A DNA stretch of 64,000 bases from an uncultured Chlamydiae bacterium. Its GTDB lineage: Bacteria; Chlamydiota; Chlamydiia; Chlamydiales; JAJFMB01. Below, piece after piece: positions 41,850 to 52,890 of this stretch. The stretch covers positions 1,504,001-1,568,000 of the forward strand of contig CAVOJR010000001.1 in assembly GCA_963696295.1 (NCBI GenBank), given 5' to 3'. The stretch's first letter is position 1, and the number at the start of each line of letters is the position of its first letter. The translations under genes and the position numbers were made by a program. A model generated the notes under the pieces. That model searched no databases. It had not been told where the DNA came from and was given only the letters and a program-made list of their open reading frames with translations.

Positions 41850-42383
41850 TCAAAGGTATTGTAGTGCTTTCTCATAGGGTTCTTTATAGCGATTTTTAAA
41901 TTTGTAGGTGTCTTCAGGATCTATAGTAAGATAGTCTAAAATTCCTTCTGATATTTGAGCTGAGGCAATTTCAGGGTCAACTAGTCCTCCGCCTCCCTTA
42001 TCTTTATTAAAGATAATTATTTGAACATTTTCTATAGTGAATGGCCGTTTAACTAAAAATTGTTGCAATTCGATGTTGTTATTGATTTGATCCAATAATT
42101 CATGAGCGCATTTTATTAATAATTCTCTTAAGCCATCTATATTTAGACGATTTTTTGTATGAAAAGACAGAGACAGTTTATTTACACATCCTTCTGGCAT
42201 TCCTGCACCTGAGCCTGAAGCTTTTATATTGTATTTTTTCATTATAATTCTAGCCGTTCTTTCTAAGGTCTCATTTACTAGTTGTTCAGCTTTGGAAGGT
42301 GTATAATCTTGACTATTACTTGTCATGATAAAACCTGTAAAAATAGAAAATAAAACCAGTAAAATTATAAAGATATATTTCAT
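41850..42383 (-). CDS. Putative Rhs immunity protein with signal/anchor peptide
   Basis: ATGA overlap with the Rhs stop; hydrophobic N-terminus; tandem paralog downstream. Confidence 0.75.
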   Translation of the reverse strand: MKYIFIILLVLFSIFTGFIMTSNSQDYTPSKAEQLVNETLERTARIIMKKYNIKASGSGAGMPEGCVNKLSLSFHTKNRLNIDGLRELLIKCAHELLDQINNNIELQQFLVKRPFTIENVQIIIFNKDKGGGGLVDPEIASAQISEGILDYLTIDPEDTYKFKNRYKEPYEKALQYL

Positions 42384-45300
42384 AAAAATTTTCCTTGGCT
42401 TTGAATATAACTGTCAAGATGTCTTTGCAGGATTTCCTGATAGGTCAAGCTAGTAAATTCATGATCAAAAATGGATGCCCTTTTATGTGAATCCAAGTCA
42501 ATAATAGTTCCCTTAGCTCTTTTTGCTCCAGAGGTATCTATTCTGGGAACGAAATCCCGCCAAGCTTTTGCCCGATAATGATAAACATGTGCACATGTTT
42601 CTAAGTAGATGTAGGCGGCTGGGGCTATGGCAACAACTAATATTCGTTTTCGCAATTCAGGGGGATAATCAAGTAAAGCATTTCTGACGTGTATCGCTCC
42701 TTGACTGTGACATACCATGAGGAAATAAATTTCCGGAGGGCTTTTTTCGAAAAAACTATTCCACATCGCATGTAACTGGTGAACCGGTTCGGTTGCAACA
42801 TAATTCAAACCGTCATAACATTCTGCCAGATCAATACTTGTCCCGTGAGTGGCATTGTATGTGGCGTGAATATTGTAGCCACCAGCAAGCCTTGATATAT
42901 GTTGAGCATTTACTTTTGCCATGTCTAAAGTATTCCAGACTCCATTGATAAATCCAATACCTAATCCTCCAGGTAAATTGGGTAATTCGATGTAGCTCAA
43001 ATCAAAAGTTGTGGAAGGTTCATATGTTGGAAACATCTTTTCAAAATTATAATAAGTTATTTTTGGCTGTGAGGATGAGACTGTTTTTCCAATATCTCCG
43101 CCACGTTTACAAGTACGGTGCTTTTCGCAATAACAATGTGTTTCAACCTCCCCATAAAAGTAATCCTCAAATTTCTCTTGTGAGTTGCTCTCGGTAGCAA
43201 GTCCAAATCGATCTAAATAATTTAATGGGTTATTGTGGAGATAAATGTAGAGATTTGGACCATCTAGGAAACCGGCAGGATCTTGACTGATCCATCTTGT
43301 AGATTGTGGATCATAAAATCGGAGCCCAAAATGAATAAGCCCTGTTCTTTGATTAACGCGTTTTCCAGCAAAACGCCAGGGATTAGCTAATAAAGAAACA
43401 GCTTGAACTTCACCGTTGGCATCGTAAATAGTCTCTTCACCAAAAGCGGTATATTGATATTGTTCTTTCAGTTTGCAATCATTGGAATTAGCTAAAGCAA
43501 CAATGTTACCGGCTTGATCGTGAATGGGTAAATACTTTTCACCTTGTAACTCAAGGGCAACGCTCTTCAAAGAGAGTTCGTCACCAGCTAAACCCGGAAC
43601 TTTTAGAGATTCTATGTTTCCTTTTTCATCAAGAGAACCAATCTCCTGATAGCCTACATACATGTATCTCGATGTGCAAAGCGTGTTTTTGATTTTGCCA
43701 TTGATCTGGAGATGTTTTTCAACCAAAAGCCTGCCTAACGGATCATACGTAAAGGTAAGTGTTGGTTGACCAAGTTGTTTTACAGTAACCAGCTGTGAAA
43801 GAAGATCGCTTTCAAAACGGGTTTCTTCACCATCAAGGATTTTTCTTAAAAGATTTCCATGCTGATCGTAAAAAAATTCTGCTTTTGATTGTGAAATTAA
43901 TTGATTTAGAGAATTGTATAAAAACTCATCATTACAAGCTTTTATGCAATTTCCCAAAGAGTCGTAGGCATAATTTTTTGTATTTATTTTTTTTCTGTGG
44001 TGAGCTGGGAAAGGCCATTGTACGAATATTCTTCGTGATTCTTTCCATTTATTTCGATCAAACGACCCATAAAGTCTCGCGAGTATTCTTCGTTAAAAAA
44101 ACTGTCCTTCGTTGCAATTAATTGACCATTATGATTATACGTATATTCTTTTGAGCCTGCGCACCCCATATATGTTTCGGATAATAATTTTCCCAAACTG
44201 TTATATTTATCATAAGTATGCGTATAGAGAACTTCTCCAGCTGCAGAAATCCTCTTAACTTGACGACCATAAAGAGCATCATAAAAATAGCCAATTTTTG
44301 AGTTATCAGGTAGGGCAATTTCTTTGATACGGCCTTTACGATCATAGGCAAATTCAAGGGTATAGGATCCCTCTCCATCTTTGATTGTCTCCTTAATCAG
44401 CTGATCAAAGTCATTATAGGCTCTTTCGAAAGAAGGGCCTTTTAATTCGCTGGCAGCTTTTAAATTTCCATTGCTATCGTAGGAATAATTAAAAAGCATG
44501 CGCTGATTTGTTTTCCGATCTTCTGCCTCCAATTTCCGAAGTCTTCCTTCAGTATTATATGTATAATTGATTGACCATTCCATTCCGTGAATGGTCCTCG
44601 TCGCTATTTTTCCCTGTGAATTATATCCGTAAAAGTATCGTTTTTCTAAAGGAGAGCCCGCAGCATGTATCTCTTCTTGCACTTTACCCATCGAATCATG
44701 AATCCAGCAAATTTTCTGAGAGTCAATGATTTTTCCCTCCCAAATTTGGTCGTGAATTTCACAAGCCTTGTTGCCAAGGGTATCATAGAGAATCTTTTGA
44801 GATGATAAAAGAGCCCCCATCTCATCTTTTTTTATTATGGAATAAACCCTGTTAAGTGCATCAAACTCAATTTCTGTTTGCACGCCATGAGGATTTATAA
44901 TCGTTTTTTTTAGAACTAATTGACCCAATGCATTTGCATATGAGTTATCTATAATAATCTTTGTTTCTTGACCAAGAGAGTCTAAATACGTGATCGGCTC
45001 TCCGTCAGCATTGTATATTGTATGAAGCAGAGAAACTCCATTTTCAAGGTTATACTCTTCCAGACACTTGCCATGGCTGTTGTAAGTAAAGCCTTTGCCG
45101 ATTAACAAGTTACCTTGGAAGTCTTTGATACTTTTTTCGATGATATTTCCTGAAAGATCATATTTTAAACATTCCAATGAATAGTCTTGAGGGCCTTTAT
45201 CAAACCAGACTCTCTTTTGATTTAAACGGCCAAGAGGGTCATAAAAAAAGTCTGTTCTTCGTGATTCATGATCATTTTCCTCTTTCTTTTCACCATATTC

Positions 45301-47838
45301 AATAATAGAAGAAAGTCTGCCGGTGGGATCGTGATAGAACCGTTTAATCCGTTTGTTTTCCTTTTCATAAATGCACCTGAAGCCGTTATATTTGCGTGTT
45401 TTTCCTTTTAAAAATGAATAAACACCAAATTGCCAAATTGTTGAACATTCCTCATAAATATTTCTTCCTAAGTAATCATATTCATATACAATTAGGATTT
45501 GATCGCGCGACAATGAACGATGTAGGCTACCTTCAGTGTCATATTTAAATAGTTCGAAAGTTCCATCTGGATATATTATTTTTGTGGGGTCTCCTCTTAA
45601 ATTATAACTTTTTTTAGTTAAAAAACCCTTTGGATCTTGAATGGTAAGAACGTTTCCGAAAATATCATAAGTATAGTTAAAAGTCGGTCTGACAACTTGA
45701 TAAATTTCATCAAATACTTCTGGATGAATGACTTTTATTAATCTATGGAAAGTATCATATATAAAATGTGTAGCGTGGCCAAATCGATCCGTTGATGATA
45801 CTTTTCTACCAAGGAGATCATAAATAAAGTGAAGGGAAAATTGGCCTTCGGGGGTCATTTCAATTGTTTTGATAGGTTGATTATGGAAGTCAAAAACGGT
45901 GTGTATAGTTTTATTTTCTTGGGGAAAAGCTATTGAAATTTGATTGCCAACTTCATCATAGGCATAACTAACCTCTTTACAGGCTTTATCTATTTCTAAT
46001 ATAACTCGACCTTTGGCATTGTAGGATCTTTTTTCCGCAAAGGCAAATTTATCGTTTGTATCGTAGGTACTGGAAGATAAAAGATTAGATTGTTCATCAT
46101 AAACATTAACCAACTTCTTAATCAGAATCTCTTCTTTATTTTTGAGATCTAATGCTTTTTCTATAATAATTTCTGGAAAGCCAACTCCCGGAAGAGTTTC
46201 TTTGGGTTTAATTTCTTTAATATGTCTTTCATTGACTCCACAATCATAGATTCTGCTTTCTTCTTCTTGAGATCCGTCATCTTCAACAATTCTAACGCAT
46301 ACTCCATCTTCATTATAGGTATAGAAAGTTCTTTTTTTTATTGTACCTTTGTCAAAAATGAGTTTTTTTAAGAGTAGATTAGTTCCTTTTTTATAATTGT
46401 ATGTCGTTTGATTGCCCTTGCAATCACCTATTTTGGTTAACAAGTTAAATCCATCGGTTGAATAACCAAATGTTTTTACATGACATTCTTGTTCTTCGGG
46501 CTTAACCAATTTACCTTCAGGAGATACTTGGAGAAATACTTCTTGTTTGCCCGTTAAATTTCCATAAAGCCTCTCTTCAATGACATTTCCTGATTTATCA
46601 TATTGAAAAGACCGATAAGAATAGATCCGCTCTTTGTCAGCCCCAATAGTTTTTGCAAGCAGTAGCCCTGCATCAGCTACCGTATTACCCCAGAACATCT
46701 GTTCCTTTCGGTAGAGCTGATTTTGCTCATCGTATCTTTCAATGCTTGTTAACTGTAAACACTTGTCATAAAAATATCTGACCTTATGGCCCAAGGCGTT
46801 AAAAACATCCGTAAAATCCGATCCGTATGTGATTGAGTAAATAATTGAAGGATATCCGGTTTGAGGGTGAGGTCCTTTTAGAAATTTGACTTTTCCATTC
46901 TCATAATCGATTTCTAGAAAACGCCCTTCTGGAAGTGATTTTTTTACTAAAACATCTTGATAAGAATAAGTGGCAGGGATTACATGTGATCCTTCCACTT
47001 TTGTTAATCGATAAATATTATTTTCCAACAATAGATAATAAATAAGCGATTTTGCATCACTTGTCTCAATTTGTACTCGACACTCATTATCATGAAAAAC
47101 ATAAGTAAAGTAAATCCATGAAAAGGTTTTTGTTGACGCTTTATTTTTCATTTCAACTGAAACGAGATGCCCGTAGTTATCATATGAGAAGAAAAGTTGA
47201 TTCCCACTCGGGAGTATTTCTTGTTGTAAAAGGTAATATTCGGGATCTTTAACATTAGAAGCCTGCAAAGAAATTAATTTTTCACCAAGAAATAGCGATG
47301 GCAATTGTTGCACTTGTTTATAAACCCGCTTTGTGCCGTCTCCTAAGATTAATTCATACTTATCTCCCTTACAGTAAAGACGATTGTTCTGATGATTAGT
47401 TTGTCCCTTGATTTCTCCGGCATAAGTATTAACCATCCCTGCAACTTTTTCCAATCTGAGAGGCTCATCGGGCATGCCATTTGTATTTCTCCAACCACTA
47501 TAAGGAAGGATTCCACCGGAACGCTCACCAGCAAAAGCAAGGGCTTTGAATTGCTCATGGCTGGTTTCGGAAGGATCCTTGCCAATAACCAGGAATCTTT
47601 GTGGAAATATGCTCCATTCCCCTCCAAGATTATTTGCGGAATAAAATCTTTGCAAAATTAAAGCGTCAGGTCCTGCTATTACCAGATCTGTGGCTGATTC
47701 ACAATACTCTCCACTGATGATATTCACACAGTTTAGCAAGTAAGCTTCAGGATCTGATTCAGTGGAAATGTATTGTATTTGGTTTGCTGCTAGAAGCGGA
47801 AAAAAGACGAATAAAAAAAAATGCCAAACGCAAGTCAT
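42380..47838 (-). CDS. Rhs/YD-repeat toxin with signal peptide and C-terminal alpha/beta-hydrolase (DUF687-like) domain; frameshift in an A8 tract at 43987-43994
   Basis: VNIISGEY...LQRFY N-terminal domain, many YD repeats, core end GLRFYDP...WISQDPAG...NPLNYLDRFGL, tip FINGVWNT...CHSQG...DFVP...HEF; one added A joins the two ORFs. Confidence 0.88.
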
Positions 47839-47909
47839 AATGCTTCCTTGTTTGGGTTTTCGAAAAATGGAACGAAAATATACAATAAATCAATTTGAAC
47901 GCAAGAGAA

Positions 47910-48576
47910 TTATTTGTAGTTTGGCAAAAGGTATTGCTTTCTCACTTCGAGGAAAGTTGAGCGCTCTTTTTCGTGCAGCCCTTTCAGCTGATAAACAATA
48001 TGTTTCACATCTTTGACCAGCTGATACACCTCTTCCGTGCCGTTGACTTTGCAAAACATCTCTTTTCTGGCCGAGGAGGCCTCTAAGGCTTCCTTGAATT
48101 GCTTGGGGTAGAGGCTCTTGAGAATTCCGATGATCAGGTATTGAGTGGTGACCGGCTTGAAAATTTTGGGGTCGGTGATGACGATCAGCACTCCCTGGCA
48201 GTCCTTGTGGGCAAAGCGGCCGAAGAAGGGGCGGTAGTGGAACGGCTTGAAATGGACGCCCGGAAAATTTTGTTTATTGAGGTTTTGCGCAAAGAGATCG
48301 GCGTTGATCCAGGGCGCGCCGACGACTTTGAAGGGCAGAGTGTAGCCGATGCCGATGTTGACGAGCTGCAGCTCCCCTAAGATGCCGGTGGCGGGGTAGT
48401 AAAGCGCCGTCGAGGGCTCGGGCATTTGCGGGCTGGCGGGCACCCAGGTGAGTCCGGTGTCGCTGAAGCTCATCTCGCGGCGCCACCCCTCCATGGGCAC
48501 CACGGTAAGGCGGCAGCCGACTTTGTATTCTCCGTTGAAGAGCTGGGCGAGCTCGCCGATCGTCATGCCATGGCAG
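47910..48576 (-). pseudogene. Near-identical duplicate of the namZ 3' half
   Basis: Matches 53008-53670 except for a few substitutions and a 4-bp indel at the stop; truncated by IS sequence at 48577. Confidence 0.92.
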
Positions 48577-49290
48577 CCATGCTTGGGTTCACGAAAAAGG
48601 AATGTTTATCGGGCAACTTAAAACCGTTGAGAAATCCAATGAAATTACAGCAATTCCTAATCTACTAGAGCAGATTGACATCAGTGGAGCTACAATCTCT
48701 ATTGATGCAGCAGGTTGTCAAAAAAATATAGTAAAAACTATTCGCAAGGCAGGAGGAAACTACTTATTGGCTGTGAAAGAAAATCAGCCCAAACTTTACG
48801 ACGAAACGGTGAACTTGTTTAATGAAGCCAGGAAGGTTAATTTTAAGTATGTTCTGAACTGCGGCCGCCATGAAAATATAGAGACAAAATCGGGTCGTAT
48901 TGAAAAGAGGAGCATAACTATCATCAGCGATCCATCTGAAATATTTACAGCAGAAGAGTGGGAGGGTTTGGAAACGCTAGTTGAGGTTATCAATGAAACA
49001 GCTACATTAAAGAGCGGAAAAGTCTCTACAGAAAAACGGTATTATATTATAGAAAGCGCATAGGAGTTTAAAGACCGCGTAAGAGGTCATTGGGGGGTTG
49101 TGCATTGGACACTCGATGTAACGTTCAAAGAAGACGAGTCCCGGGCAAACACCCTGCACTCAGCAGTAAATTTAGGAACATTAAGGAGAGCTGCTTTGAA
49201 TATTGTGAAAAGTGACAAGCAAAATGGAATGTGGACGGAAGCATTATAAAACAGATCCTTGAAGCTCTTTTTGCTGTCAAATCTTTTTAA
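48577..49290 (+). mobile_element. ISAs1-family transposase remnant (5'-truncated, decayed)
   Basis: HAWVHEKGMFIGQ, KSNEITAIP, IDAAGCQK, VKENQP, RYYI, then after a stop RGHWGV.HWTLDVTFKEDES; no terminal IRs identified. Confidence 0.85.
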
Positions 49291-49314
49291 TCAAAAAATT
49301 GAAATAAATTTTAT

Positions 49315-49351
49315 ACGCAGCCACATCGCCTTCCGGAAATGAGTTGTGGCT
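49315..49351. repeat. 37-bp imperfect palindromic repeat, copy 2
   Basis: ACGCAGCCACATCGCCTTCCGGAAATGAGTTGTGGCT. Confidence 0.9.
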
Positions 49352-49420
49352 GGGAATTATGAAGAAGGAAGAGAGCTCTGTTTAAAAAAAGCAGAAGGGG
49401 ACCACTTTCGTTTAGTCAGC

Positions 49421-52400
49421 TCAATTGCATTTGGTTAGGATCCTTAAGTCATAATTGAGAAGCTTTTTCTCACCATCTTGTTGATAAATGACCAAGATAT
49501 GCTTTTGCTGTGCAGGATAGAAGAGGAACGATTTTGAAGAATCGATGAGAATTCTAGAAGCTGCAAGGTTATTTTCCAACGGAGATTGCGGATTAAAATG
49601 ATCCACATACGTTAATGCAAACATCTCCGAATCACTTTTGTTCTCTACTATGGCGCAAACCGGCACATCCATAGAGTTTTGCGTTGAGAAAGTATACGCA
49701 TGGTAAGTAAAGGTGCCCGCTAGCTGATCATTGTTTGAATAAGGAATGTCTTCTTCAATACCTGCAAGTTGATCTACCCCTTCAAAGTTACCGGCAGAGG
49801 GATTGCATATGACATGATTAAATAGGAGATTATTATAAGCAAACTTAAGGATTCCTGATGGCATTTGGAGGGTAAGTTGATCATCTAATTCCAATGCCAT
49901 ATCCTTTCCAAAGTCATCTATTTCAGGCGTTTTGTATTCCTGGAAATCCTCTAAAACAGGAAGATTCAAGGCGAAAGAATTGGCACTCATTGTACAAGTC
50001 AAAATTACAGGTTGAGAGATCACTATGCAGCCTGGTTCATCCATGACACCGGGATAGTATGTGCCAGCGCCCAAGTTTGTAAAGGTGCCGGAACTCGCCC
50101 AATTTGCCCCATTATCAATTGTGTATTGATAGGGCGGTGTACCTCCAGATGCACCAATAATTATTTGGCCATTGTCACAGTCAGGAGGGTTTGAGGGATT
50201 AGTGGGGGCAAGGTTTGATATCATTAAATCATCAGTTGATACAGGCGTTAGTGTGACATTTTGCGCGGCACTAAGACAGTTGTTAGCATCTTTAACAAGC
50301 AGTGTGTAGGGACCCCCTGGAAGATTGTTAAAGACATTTGAACTTTGAAAGGTTGTTCCATTATCAAGTGAGTATTGATAGGGAGCTGTACCTCCTGATG
50401 CAGTAATAATAATGCTGCCATCGGCACTATTAGCACATGTAGGATTAGTAAATGAATAGGTAAACGAAAGCGCAGTTAGTGTCACAGTTTGCGGTGTACT
50501 GAGACAGCCATTAGCATCTTGAACGACCACAGTGTAGCTGCCGGCCGTAAGATTGGAAAATATATTCGAGGGTTGATAGCTCATCCCGTTATCACTTGAG
50601 TATTGATACGGAGATGCGCCTCCGGATGCTGTGACGGTAATGGAGCCGGTGCTGCTGGCACAAGAATAAGTAGTTGTATAGGTGAAGGTAATGGATGGAC
50701 TTGTGAGTGTCACAGTTTGCGGTGTACTGAGACAGCCATTAGCATCTTGAACGACCACAGTGTAGCTGCCGGCCGCAAGATTGGTAAAAGTATTCGAGGG
50801 TTGATAGCTCATCCCGTTATCACTTGAGTATTGATACGGAGATGCACCTCCGGAAGCTGTGACGGTAATGGAGCCGGTGCTGCTGAAACAAGAATAAGTA
50901 GTTGTATAGGTGAAGGTAATGGATGGACTTGTGAGTGTCACAGTTTGCGGTGGACTGAGACAGCCATTAGCATCTTGAACGACCACAGTGTAGCTACCGG
51001 CCGCAAGATTGGAAAATATATTCGAAGGTTGATAGCTCATCCCGTTATCACTTGAGTATTGATACGGAGATGCGCCTCCGGATGCTGTGACGGTAATGGA
51101 GCCGGTGCTGCTGACACAAGAATAAGCAGTTGTATAGGTGAAGGTAATGGATGGACTTGCGAGTGTCACAGTTTGCGGTGGACTGAGACAGCCATTAGCA
51201 TCTTGAACGACCACAGTGTAGCTGCCGGCCGCAAGATTGGAAAATATATTCGAAGGTTGATAGCTCATCCCGTTATCACTTGAGTATTGATACGGAGATG
51301 CGCCTCCGGAAGCTGTGACGGTAATGGAGCCGGTGCTGCTGACACAAGAATAAGTAGTTGTATAGGTGAAGGTAATGGATGGACTTGTGAGTGTCACAGT
51401 TTGCGGTTGACTGAGACAGCTATTAGCATCTTGAACGACCACATTATAGCTGCCGGCCGCAAGATTGGAAAATATATTCGAGGTTTGATAGCTCATCCCA
51501 TTATCAATTGAGTATTGATAGGGAGATTTACCGCCGGATACTGAAAGACCGATACTACCATTTGAACTTCCAAAACATGGATTCTGAATTGATGTTACGA
51601 ATACCTCTACGGGGAGAGTATCAAAGGGAAGAAAACTTGGTTGAGAGGTGCAATTATTGCTATCCTTAGCTACGACTGTGTAACTTCCATTTCCCAGATT
51701 GTTGAAAGTTGAAGAGTTAAAATAGTTGGCTCCCCCATCAATCGAGTATTGATAGGGGGGATTGCCGCCTATTGCATTGATGACAATGCTGCCATTGGTA
51801 AGGGTACTGCAGGTTGGTGGTGTACCTATAAAAGTAATTGAAATGGAGGATAGTTGTACTGTCGTCGATCCTAGACAACCCGTGTTATCTCGAACGACCA
51901 GATTGTAGCTATTTGCCGCGAGATTATTGAAAGTTGGGGATGTTTGAAAGGTTACCCCATCAATCGAGTAAGAATAGGGGCCTGTGCCACCCGTTGCAGT
52001 AATAGAAATGCTTCCATTAGAAGTATTAGGGCAGGGATTGACAATCAACGTATTGATAGTAATGGGGTTAGTATTTGTCAGTGTTGCAGATCCCGAATTC
52101 GTGCAGCCATTGCTGTCTTTAACAACCAAGGAGTAGGTGCCCTGATTCAGGCCTGTGAAAACATTGGACGTTTGATAGGATACGCCGCCGTTGATCGAGT
52201 ATTGATAGGGGGGGTTCCGCCTGTTGCATTTATTGTGATGTTGCCGCATGAATTATTTATCATCGTCGAGAAGCTAATATCACAGGCTTTCCCTAATGTC
52301 ACCGAGCCGTAAAGGAGGCGATTCTCGCAGTCTTTAATGACAACACTGTAGGTCCCCCCGGCCAGACCTTTGAAAACATTCGATGATTGAAAAGCGCCTT

Positions 52401-52890
52401 GATTTAGAGAATACTGATACGGAGGCGTGCCCCCTGAAGCATTGATGATGATGATGCCATTGGTGCCCCCACCAGTAGGATTAGTGGTGGCCGCGGTGAA
52501 AGAAATTTGCCGGTGCTTGCAACACTTGGTATAATCTGTTTTCTTGGAAGGCCCTAAGGTGATAATTAAAGGGCAGCTTTCCACACCGTTTGCTGTAAAA
52601 GAAACCAGTTTGTAGGTGTAATTCCTGCTTGCTATGCGATTCTGCACGGTTACCGTTTTCGGCTCTTGCGCTGTGGTTTCTGAAACCAGTATTTTATTTT
52701 GGTAGATCCGGTAGCCAACCACCTGGGAATTCGCGCTGGGACCCCAGCTTAATACATGGGTGTCCTGAACCACCTTTCCCGAAAAAAAAGTGGGCGCAAG
52801 AGAGCAATTCGGATCGCATTTGAACTGATTAGCTGAAAGATTCCAGGGAAGTAATAAGATCCATAAAAATAAATAAACTCTGGATAGCAT
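49421..52890 (-). CDS. Secreted FN3-like + SprB-repeat adhesin-like protein; frameshift in a G7 tract at 52208-52214
   Basis: Signal peptide; SWGPS...GYRIY...YTYKLVS FN3-like domain; about 11 units of GSITVTASGGxxPYQYS...F.NL.AG.Y...V.D.N.C; one extra C restores GGTPPYQYS. Confidence 0.82.
50478..51520 (-). repeat. 228-bp tandem repeat, about 4.6 near-identical copies (76-aa SprB units)
   Basis: AGTGTCACAGTTTGCGG recurs at 50478, 50706, 50934, 51162 and 51390. Confidence 0.95.

Noticed and set aside
50478..51520. CRISPR-like array, or four repeated 74-aa plus-strand ORFs
   Set aside because: Units are contiguous 228-bp coding repeats with no unique spacers and no cas genes nearby; the plus-strand ORFs are antisense shadows
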